Assembly (NCBI GenBank): GCA_051859245.1
Contig: JBHYGA010000004.1
Coordinates: 384,001-448,000 of the forward strand
DNA length: 64,000 nt
Source: Gemmatimonadaceae bacterium
Lineage (GTDB): Bacteria; Gemmatimonadota; Gemmatimonadetes; Gemmatimonadales; Gemmatimonadaceae
Direction: 5' to 3'
The notes under the pieces are model-generated. The model searched no databases, was not told the origin of the DNA, and saw only the letters and a program-made list of their open reading frames with translations. Shown piece by piece: positions 56,678 through 64,000 of the stretch (positions are counted from its first letter, which is position 1; the number at the start of each line of letters is the position of its first letter). Position numbers and translations under genes: made by a program.

Positions 56678-57706
56678 ATGCGTCTCACGGTTCTCCTCGG
56701 CGGTGTTTCGGCCGAACGCGACGTCTCGTTGTCTACCGGCCTGCGCATGGCCGCCGCGCTGCGCGAGGTCGGGCATGAGGTGACTTGTTTTGACCCCGCG
56801 TTTGGTGTGCTGGGCGCGGAGACGGAGCGGTCACTGCTGGCGGCTGGCGTGGGCTCAAAGCCGCCGGCGCTGGCCGAACTGGCCGAGCTGCGGCACCGGT
56901 CGCTTTCAGCGGACTGGGTATCGCATTCCGCCATCCGGAATGCAGAATGTATCGTGATCGGACTGCACGGCGGTCAGGGGGAAGACGGCACGGTACAGGC
57001 GGCGCTTGATCTGGCTGGCGTTCCATATACTGGAAGTGGGCACATGGCCAGCGCGCTCTCGATGGACAAACATCTGAGCAAGATTGTGCTGCGCTTTGCC
57101 GGGGTGCCCACGGCCGACTGGATCATGGCGCCGCCACTTGGCGATGCACCGCTCGATCCGGCGCTGGTTACCGAGCAGGTGGGCTGGCCGGCCGTGGTCA
57201 AACCGTCCAGACAAGGCAGCACGGTTGGCCTGAGCATCGTAAACGGCCCCGAGGAGCTGCAAGCAGCGATCGAAGAGGCGTACAGATTCGATGATGCCGT
57301 GATGGTGGAGCGATTCGTCGCCGGTCGGGAGTTCACGGTGGGCATTCTGGGCGACGAAGCCTTGCCGGTGATCGAGATCGTGCCGGCCAAAGCGCTCTAC
57401 GATTACGAGTGCAAGTACACGCCCGGCATGGCGCAGGAGTTTGTGGCGGATCTGCCGGCGGAAACGGTGGAGCGTATCACCGCGTATTCCTTGCAGGCGT
57501 TTGGTGCGTGTGGACTGAGCGGCTACGGTCGGGTGGATTTTCGCATGGACCCTGACGGTGGCCTCTGGTGTCTGGAACTCAACACGTTGCCGGGGATGAC
57601 GCCTACCAGTCTCATTCCACAGGCTGCAGCGGCGGCGGATCTATTGTTTCCGGCGCTCTGCAACCGCATCGTGGAGTTGGCCCTCGCGTCACGGCGGCGC
57701 GGGTAA
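56678..57706 (+). CDS. ddl: D-alanine--D-alanine ligase
   Basis: 'GGVSAERDVSL', 'LHGGQGEDG', 'MDKHLSK', 'VVKPSRQGSTVG', 'YDYECKY', 'LELNTLPGMTPTSL'. Confidence 0.97.
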   Translation: MRLTVLLGGVSAERDVSLSTGLRMAAALREVGHEVTCFDPAFGVLGAETERSLLAAGVGSKPPALAELAELRHRSLSADWVSHSAIRNAECIVIGLHGGQGEDGTVQAALDLAGVPYTGSGHMASALSMDKHLSKIVLRFAGVPTADWIMAPPLGDAPLDPALVTEQVGWPAVVKPSRQGSTVGLSIVNGPEELQAAIEEAYRFDDAVMVERFVAGREFTVGILGDEALPVIEIVPAKALYDYECKYTPGMAQEFVADLPAETVERITAYSLQAFGACGLSGYGRVDFRMDPDGGLWCLELNTLPGMTPTSLIPQAAAAADLLFPALCNRIVELALASRRRG

Positions 57707-57734
57707 ACCCACGCGCACGCGCCCTCCCCCGATC

Positions 57735-58664
57735 ATGTCTTTCGCCATCGCGGACGAATACGAACCGCAACGAAGCAGTGCGCCGGCCGTGGCGTGGATC
57801 ATTGGCCTGTGCGTGGCTGTCGCGTTTCTCCAGGAGACGCTCACCGGCGACGCGCTGATGAGTGGCTGGCTGGGCTATCGCGCCACGGATCTTGGCGAGC
57901 GCCGCCTGTGGACCACGGTCACGTACATGTTTGTGCACGGCGGTCTGCTGCACCTCGTGTTCAACATGTACATGCTGTGGATGTTCGGACGCCGAGTTGA
58001 ACGCGCGTGGGGCAGCAGCACGTTCACGTGGTTCTACTTGTGGTGCGGCGTGAGTGGCTGGGCATTCCACTGGATGTTCACACCGCGTGCGGGTGTGCTC
58101 GTTGGTGCAAGCGCGGCGATTCTTGGTGTGGCCGTTGCGTATGCATCACGCTGGCCCGATGACGAACTGTATCTGTTCGGCATTGTGCCCATGAAAGTGC
58201 GCTGGCTCGTGGTTTTTCTCGCCGCGCTCAGTCTGGTCATGGTTGTGGTGAACGCAGGCGCTGTTGGTGGCACGGCGTACGCCGCACACTTTGGCGGCAT
58301 GTTTGGTGGTTGGTTGTATTTGCGCACACCAAACGCGCAGAGCATTGATCGGTTGCGCCGTCGCATTGCACCCGCGCCCGATTACGGCGACGATCCACCA
58401 CGCGCCGTTCCTCGGCATTCGTCACGTCCGCGTGAACGCGAGCCCGAGATTGATGACATCGTGGCGCAGAGCAAAGCCGCGATGGCGCGCACGCGCAACG
58501 TGATGCCTGCGGCGAGTGCGCCCGCTGCACCAACGAGCATGGTAGCCGCGCGCGCGGCGATGGATATGCTGCTCGACAAGATTGCCGATCAGGGCATGCA
58601 GTCGCTCTCGAATGATGAGCGACAGTTGCTGGACGAGATGAGCCGGAAGTTGCGCGGGGGCTAA
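57735..58664 (+). CDS. rhomboid family intramembrane serine protease with C-terminal helical extension
   Basis: 'TYMFVHGGLLHLVFNM', 'VGASA', 'AHFGG'; C-terminal 'DMLLDKIADQGMQSLSNDERQLL'. Confidence 0.92.
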   Translation: MSFAIADEYEPQRSSAPAVAWIIGLCVAVAFLQETLTGDALMSGWLGYRATDLGERRLWTTVTYMFVHGGLLHLVFNMYMLWMFGRRVERAWGSSTFTWFYLWCGVSGWAFHWMFTPRAGVLVGASAAILGVAVAYASRWPDDELYLFGIVPMKVRWLVVFLAALSLVMVVVNAGAVGGTAYAAHFGGMFGGWLYLRTPNAQSIDRLRRRIAPAPDYGDDPPRAVPRHSSRPREREPEIDDIVAQSKAAMARTRNVMPAASAPAAPTSMVAARAAMDMLLDKIADQGMQSLSNDERQLLDEMSRKLRGG

Positions 58665-58671
58665 GCGCGAG

Positions 58672-58703
58672 GCTCGGTGACAGCAGTGGAGCGCTCACCG
58701 AGC
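58672..58703. terminator. inverted repeat between convergent genes
   Basis: GCTCGGTGA-N14-TCACCGAGC; no U-tract. Confidence 0.4.
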
Positions 58704-58709
58704 GATCCA

Positions 58710-58934
58710 TTAGACAGGATCACTAACTGGTCGCCGTTCCCGGTCCGCAGCGAAGGCGTACACGGCGCGAAAGTCTTCGCGTTCGAGATCGGGAAACTCT
58801 ACCAGAATCTCCGCTTCGGACATGCCTGCAGCCAGGTACGACAGCACGTCATCGACGGTGATGCGCAGTCCGCGGATGCAAGGTTTTCCGCTTCGCTTCC
58901 CAGGCTCAATGGTGATGCGATCCGCAATACTCAT
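58710..58934 (-). CDS. DUF433 domain protein (putative antitoxin)
   Basis: 'RITIEPGKRSGKPCIRGLRITVDDVLSYLAAGMSEAEILVEFPDLEREDFRA'. Confidence 0.92.
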   Translation of the reverse strand: MSIADRITIEPGKRSGKPCIRGLRITVDDVLSYLAAGMSEAEILVEFPDLEREDFRAVYAFAADRERRPVSDPV

Positions 58935-59096
58935 AACTTGAGTGTAGGCGGTCCTATTGGCGCCGGTAAGTATGTCACGAAGGTAGCCGAGTACATGGCA
59001 TTCGCTTTCCTTGCCATATTTGCCCCCGCGTGCGAAGCTCGATAAGATCTGCGGTAATCGGACGACCATCAAGATGGGGACGGCAACGGAGGAGCG

Positions 59097-59630
59097 ATGA
59101 AAATCCGAACGGTTGCTTGCGCCCTGCTAGCACTTACGCTTGTCGCCTGCAGCGGCGCGTGGTCATCAGCGACAGTCGCACCCGAAAAAGACGAAGACGC
59201 GCCAGTATTCGCCGGCTACCCACTTGCGCGTGCGCGCCTCGAACTCGCTCCGGATCGCCCGCTTGAACCAGACAGCGGGCAACTCGTGATGGGCACGGTG
59301 CTTTCGCTCTGGCATTCGAGGCCGGCCCCGGGGCGCGCCGTGTACGTGGGCGAAGAGATCAACTACCACACCTGGTCACACGGCTTTCGCCGTTACGAGT
59401 TCGACAGCACCGGTGTGTTGCGGTACTTCCGCGAAGATCGCCGGTATGTGAACGGTGATGATTCAACGCGTGCCGGCGGCGAGGGATGGATTGAATTCGT
59501 TGACGGCAAGCCGGTGTTGCTGGCGCGCGTTTCAGAACATGGTGAGCCCATTCGATACGCGCGGTCGGAGTTGCACGCGATTGCAAGGCGCGCGTATTTG
59601 CTGTGGGATTCGGCGGTGGTGGGGAGGTGA
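59097..59630 (+). CDS. hypothetical lipoprotein
   Basis: GGAGGAG RBS; 'MKIRTVACALLALTLVAC' lipoprotein signal. Confidence 0.7.
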   Translation: MKIRTVACALLALTLVACSGAWSSATVAPEKDEDAPVFAGYPLARARLELAPDRPLEPDSGQLVMGTVLSLWHSRPAPGRAVYVGEEINYHTWSHGFRRYEFDSTGVLRYFREDRRYVNGDDSTRAGGEGWIEFVDGKPVLLARVSEHGEPIRYARSELHAIARRAYLLWDSAVVGR

Positions 59631-59670
59631 AGACCAGGCGATGCCGTTGCAAATGCGTCGCACGTTTTGA

Positions 59671-60801
59671 ATGAACCTTCGCAACACTCCGCTCATGACA
59701 TTTCGAACTCGAAAAATGCTCGGCGCGGTCGGTGCGATTCTCTTGCTCGGCCCGTTGGTCGCGGGGGGTCAGAACGTGCCTATTGTGCGGTTGGCACCGC
59801 CCAACGCTCGGCTCGCTGAGGAACTCTTTGGTATTAGCACTGGACGCGAACTGGCAGACGGACGATTCCTCATCGGCGAGGGGAGTCAGACATCGCGTCG
59901 CTTGCTCGTCGTGGACTTTCAACGCGGGACCACGCAGCAAATCGGCAGACGCGGTCGGGGTCCGGGCGAATACCGACTCGTGAGCCGCCTCTTCCCTTTG
60001 GCCAAAGATTCAACACTGTTTGTTGCCGACGACATGCGCTGGCTGGTGCTCTCGGGAAGTAGCATCGTACGTACGATCAGCGGCCCGGACGCGGCTACAA
60101 TGTCCGCACGAATCGTTCACGGGGCTGATTCGATGGGCAATTTGCTTTCGTCGGAGCGCCGCACACTGTCACCCGACTCCAGCGGCCACACGCTTGTCGC
60201 ACGAGCAAACGGCAAGACAACATTCGTCGCGCGCCTGCGCTCCTCGACGGAGGCGGCGTACCCTCCACGCTCAACGCCTCGCGGCCGAGGCGGGCTGAAC
60301 TATTTCAACGGCCCGTGGAATGGCTTCGAACTCGCGCAGCTCTTTCCGGATGCTTGGCTCGCCGTTGCACGGGTGCAGCCGTACCGCGTTGATTGGCGTA
60401 CGCCAGATGGCAAATGGATACTCGGCCAACCGATACCGTCGCCAGTGGTTCGCGTCACCGAGAAAGAAAAGCTTGCGTACATGCAGCGAGAAGCTGCGCG
60501 CAGCGGAAACGCTCCGCAGTCTCCGTCCGTACATTCAACGTGGCCAAAGGAGATTCCACCGTTTCTTCCTGGATCGTTGATTGCGAGCAGCGACGGACGG
60601 TTATTGATCTTGCGCACGCCGACCGCAGAACGTCCGGAACTGCGCTACGACATTGTCGATCGCCGGGGACGCGTTGAACAACAACTGCTGCTGGAACCCA
60701 ATCAGCGAATCTTCGCCTTCGGAAAGCAGTCCGTGTATGTGGTCGTCACAGACGACAGCGATCTAGAGCGCATCCAACGACATCCTTGGCCTCCCCGCTG
60801 A
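59671..60801 (+). CDS. beta-propeller-like secreted protein
   Basis: Signal peptide ending AGG|Q, 'IGRRGRGPGEY', 'DGRLLILR...YDIVDRRG', 'VYVVVTDDSDLERIQRH'. Confidence 0.7.
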   Translation: MNLRNTPLMTFRTRKMLGAVGAILLLGPLVAGGQNVPIVRLAPPNARLAEELFGISTGRELADGRFLIGEGSQTSRRLLVVDFQRGTTQQIGRRGRGPGEYRLVSRLFPLAKDSTLFVADDMRWLVLSGSSIVRTISGPDAATMSARIVHGADSMGNLLSSERRTLSPDSSGHTLVARANGKTTFVARLRSSTEAAYPPRSTPRGRGGLNYFNGPWNGFELAQLFPDAWLAVARVQPYRVDWRTPDGKWILGQPIPSPVVRVTEKEKLAYMQREAARSGNAPQSPSVHSTWPKEIPPFLPGSLIASSDGRLLILRTPTAERPELRYDIVDRRGRVEQQLLLEPNQRIFAFGKQSVYVVVTDDSDLERIQRHPWPPR

Positions 60802-60818
60802 AACTGTTGCCACCGCTG

Positions 60819-62000
60819 GTGAAGGAGCACGCGCGGCGCGTTGTATTGCTCTGCGCGCTGTCTGCATGTCACTCGCCGAGTGCGGATGGCGCTTCTGCAG
60901 CGATCGAAATAGTGGCTCGCGATCAGCGCGTCGAACTTTGCGCGCTCCCCACTCCGATCCCGGCTCGCCGAGTCTACTCGGAGTACGAGACATATCCATG
61001 TCGAGTTGTCGCGATTCCAACCTCGACTGTGTTACGTCCCTCGACAGATGGTCAGACCCCCGATCCCAATCCCGGCGTTGTTACGGAAGTCGCACGCGAT
61101 AGCCGCGGCCGGTTCTACACCACGTCACGTCGCGGTGAACCTGTCGAAGTGTGGGATTCTCTTGGCCGACACCTTGCCACGGTGGGTCGACGCGGATCGG
61201 GTCCCGGTGAGTTTTCCGGTTGGCCGCTGTCGCTGTTTATCGACGTTGGAGACACACTGCATGTGTTGGACGGTCTTGGGCGATGGAGTGTGTTCGACTC
61301 TGCTTTCAATAGCGTTCGTACGTTTACCGCGGCGCGCGCCTTTCGGTCGAGCACACTGATCGACGGCGGTCCACTCGTCTTCACGTCTTCGGTGTCGTGG
61401 GGCGAACCGGACGCGGCGTTCTTCCGAATGACGCGCGACGGCCGTCCCGACGGGTCACACGGAAAGAGCGATGCGCCGTCGTCGCTCGGATCGGGACAGC
61501 TAAGCAGCACAGGTCCTGATCAAACGATCTGGATCGCACCAGCCCCGGGAACCGGCAAAGGTTTTGTGCTTGAGAATCGATCCATCAACGGCGAGCTGCT
61601 CAACGTGGTAAGTCGAGATGCGCCGTGGTTGCCGCTGACTGGATATCCTGACGAGCCCAATGTGCCAACGTTTCGCACACTGCATGTCGACGATGACGGA
61701 CTGCTCTGGGTGGCATTGTCCGTCAAGGATCCACGCTGGCAAGCACGAAAACCCGGAGAAAGTCCGGCCGCGCAATCGCGACGAAAAGGGGAGATGTACG
61801 ACATGCGATTTGAGGTACTGGACCCTCGGACTGGAAGCGTGTTAGCGTCGGTGCGGTACGACGATATGAGCGAGTCAGACCTGGTGCCGATCTATTCGGT
61901 CGGCGGTAGCAGCCGTCTCTTCTGGGGCAGCAGCTCAGATTCGCTCGGGCAGAAGACGCTTACCGTTTACTCGCTCCAACTGGCGCGGCAGAAGCAATGA
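60819..62000 (+). CDS. beta-propeller-like lipoprotein
   Basis: 'MKEHARRVVLLCALSAC' lipobox (alternative start TTG 60786), 'VGRRGSGPGEF', 'GDTLHVLD', 'VDDDGLLWV'. Confidence 0.7.
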   Translation: MKEHARRVVLLCALSACHSPSADGASAAIEIVARDQRVELCALPTPIPARRVYSEYETYPCRVVAIPTSTVLRPSTDGQTPDPNPGVVTEVARDSRGRFYTTSRRGEPVEVWDSLGRHLATVGRRGSGPGEFSGWPLSLFIDVGDTLHVLDGLGRWSVFDSAFNSVRTFTAARAFRSSTLIDGGPLVFTSSVSWGEPDAAFFRMTRDGRPDGSHGKSDAPSSLGSGQLSSTGPDQTIWIAPAPGTGKGFVLENRSINGELLNVVSRDAPWLPLTGYPDEPNVPTFRTLHVDDDGLLWVALSVKDPRWQARKPGESPAAQSRRKGEMYDMRFEVLDPRTGSVLASVRYDDMSESDLVPIYSVGGSSRLFWGSSSDSLGQKTLTVYSLQLARQKQ

Positions 62001-63211
62001 GAGAAAAAAGTGTGCTGCTGTTTCTGTTGCTCAGCGCGTGCGTTGCGGAAAGCAAGCCGATTGAACCCGTGCAGTGGTCGGTCGCTGACAGCGCGATGCA
62101 GATACCTACAACAGCGCTGACGATTGCGCAGTTGGAAGCGGCGCCTGTGTTCGTTCCAGACTTTGCGAAGCAGGTACTGATCGAAACATCACTGCTTCGC
62201 GACGTCCAGACGACGACAGCAGTCAGCGCTGCACTCATACTGCCAAACGGTCAGACTGTCGTCCAGATGGACGACTGGCACACGATCGTATTTGCAGATA
62301 CCGCCGGAACGCCTGCCTCGCAAACACGCATCGAGAGATATCGTGCGGACAAAATGACAGTGGGGTTAGGTGATACTGTTTACGTGTCCGTTGGAGACAT
62401 GCGCGCGGGGAATGACCGGGTGCTGCGTTTCACTGACGGAAAGTTTCTGGATTCATTGCCGTCGGCGTTTCGGCAACTACGCGGGGTACGAGCCGACGGC
62501 TCGTTCGTGTACTGGAATGTTGCGCCGTACAGAACGCCGAAAGGGGCACCCGACTATCCGTCGTACGTGCATCCAGAGGCGTTCGTCACGATCGTCGCGA
62601 ACAAAGACTCAAATGCCGTCGCTGAAGTGGGCATCATCCTCGAGACTCGACTCGGTCGCCAACTGCCGTGGACGCGGACGAGCCGTGCGGCTGTTGCGAA
62701 AGGCGTCCTCTGGTTGTCCCCTACGGATGGGCCGGAAATCCTTCGCGTTGGTGTTGACGGAAGACCCGACTTACGAGTGCGCTGGCCACTGACGGACTCC
62801 GTTGTTTCAGCGGAAGAGCTTCAGGCGGTCAAAACATCGATCCGAAGCGGCGTTCCTGTTTCATGGGACTCGGTTCGACGCCAAACAGTGCTCGACTCCA
62901 TAGCGCTACTCACGCCTACAGCGAACGCGCGCGCAACTGATCGGCTCCTCGGCGCGAGTGACGGATCTGTCTGGGTGCGTCGTCGCGTGCCCCTCTACAG
63001 CGGCGCCACAGAAGATGTCGAGTGGCTCGGCTTTCGAGAGAACGGCGAGTTAATCGGAACGCTGCGGTTAGCTCACGGCACCTACGTTCACGACATATCC
63101 GAACGCGAAGCGTTGTTGGAGCTTTCGAATGGACAATCTGGCGTCGTGCGTGTGCCATTGGTGCAAGACCTCGTGAATCGCAATGAGGCGTCTCTCCAAC
63201 GAACGCGATGA
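61997..63211 (+). CDS. beta-propeller-like lipoprotein (divergent)
   Basis: 'LLLSAC' lipobox, 'GDTVYV', 'DGSVWVRR...WLGFRENGELIGTLRL'. ATGA overlap with the upstream gene. Confidence 0.6.
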   Translation: MREKSVLLFLLLSACVAESKPIEPVQWSVADSAMQIPTTALTIAQLEAAPVFVPDFAKQVLIETSLLRDVQTTTAVSAALILPNGQTVVQMDDWHTIVFADTAGTPASQTRIERYRADKMTVGLGDTVYVSVGDMRAGNDRVLRFTDGKFLDSLPSAFRQLRGVRADGSFVYWNVAPYRTPKGAPDYPSYVHPEAFVTIVANKDSNAVAEVGIILETRLGRQLPWTRTSRAAVAKGVLWLSPTDGPEILRVGVDGRPDLRVRWPLTDSVVSAEELQAVKTSIRSGVPVSWDSVRRQTVLDSIALLTPTANARATDRLLGASDGSVWVRRRVPLYSGATEDVEWLGFRENGELIGTLRLAHGTYVHDISEREALLELSNGQSGVVRVPLVQDLVNRNEASLQRTR

Positions 63212-63445
63212 CACAGATGAGTGACGATGGGCTCAAGCCAGCTCAGCGATACGCGAAGTAAGCAGCGTGGCGCGTCGTGGCGCCGATGCATCAGTACACC
63301 GTGCATTGTGTGACGCCCATCGCACCCGACACTGGCTGTCGAACTCCCACCCACTTTTGGGCTATATCAGTAGATCAGACATCATCGCACATTGCTCAGG
63401 AACGCGAAGATGAGATGACGCTGACCCAAGCACGGGGTGTCCTGC

Positions 63446-64000
63446 ATGATCATAGCCGAGGATGACAAACAGACGCACACTGCACGACCGCTTGCCAGCT
63501 CCGGTGTGCAGGGCCTCGATGAAATCCTGAGCGGTGGACTGACACCGAATCGGTTGTATCTCGTGGAGGGTGTGCCCGGTTCAGGGAAAACCACACTCGC
63601 CTTGCAGTTCCTGCTCGAAGGGGTGCGCCTGGGAGAGCGGGTCCTCTATGTCACGCTGTCCGAATCGCGCGACGAGTTGGCAGCGGTGGTGGCCGCACAT
63701 GGATGGTCGCTTGAGGGCGTGACGGTACGAGAACTTAGTCCTACGGCCGAGAGCCTCGCACCAGACGAGACGTACACCATGTTTCATCCGTCCGAAGTTG
63801 AGCTGAGCGAAACCACGAAAACAATTCTTGCGGATGTCGATCGCATCAAACCGGCTCGGATCGCATTCGATTCGCTTTCGGAACTGCGACTGCTGGCGGG
63901 AAACGCGTTGCGCTACCGACGTCAAATTCTGGCACTGAAGCAGTTCTTCAGCGGTCGGCGATGCACCGTGATGTTACTCGACGACATGACAAGTGCGGCG
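63446..64000 (+). CDS. KaiC-like RecA-superfamily ATPase, 3'-truncated by window edge
   Basis: Absent from the ORF track (no stop in window). Translates 'SSGVQGLDEILSGGL..NRLYLVEGVPGSGKTTLALQFL', 'YVTLSES', 'RIAFDSLSELR'. Confidence 0.9.
   Translation, partial: MIIAEDDKQTHTARPLASSGVQGLDEILSGGLTPNRLYLVEGVPGSGKTTLALQFLLEGVRLGERVLYVTLSESRDELAAVVAAHGWSLEGVTVRELSPTAESLAPDETYTMFHPSEVELSETTKTILADVDRIKPARIAFDSLSELRLLAGNALRYRRQILALKQFFSGRRCTVMLLDDMTSAA

Noticed and set aside
58237..59045. ORFs 58237-58710 (-) and 58677-59045 (+) as the toxin partner of DUF433
   Set aside because: Both are antisense to well-supported genes and have no PIN acidic motif.
1..64000. tRNA/rRNA genes, integrases, transposases, phage genes
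   Set aside because: None recognised. Intergenic gaps are short and showed no cloverleaf or terminal inverted repeats by eye; a covariance-model search was not run.

Overview
GC-rich bacterial chromosomal segment. Gene content (paralogous 'GRRGxGPGEY/F' propeller lipoproteins, Big_2/RCC1 surface proteins, holA-SPOR-mutS order) suggests Gemmatimonadota; this is inference. Main blocks: (1) a beta-1,3-glucan (laminarin-type) utilisation locus at 3.8-17.4 kb. It has two convergent operons, each headed by a near-identical 25-bp ROK-type operator. It contains no TonB-dependent transporter/SusCD pair, but it does contain a clan GH-A glycosidase fused to a ~600-aa probable outer-membrane beta-barrel. 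(2) A SET methyltransferase with a histone-H1-like tail, coupled to a Nudix hydrolase. (3) An ECF sigma/anti-sigma pair behind a probable sigma54 promoter. (4) Housekeeping holA-SPOR-mutS-mug plus a glutaminyl cyclase. (5) An Ig-fused metallopeptidase, a TonB-CTD lipoprotein, cystathionine beta-synthase, a decayed nucleotidyltransferase TA-like pair, USP, an acylase, metal-related small genes, a pseudo-hydrolase and an S9 peptidase. (6) A ~15.5-kb FHA / kinase-RCC1 / 3073-aa Ig-repeat lipoprotein / Big_2 lipoprotein / TPR operon. (7) ddl, a rhomboid, an orphan DUF433, three tandem propeller-like genes, and a KaiC-like ATPase running off the right end. I saw no rRNA, tRNA, CRISPR array or transposase. 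All family calls come from motif recognition by eye, not from database searches.
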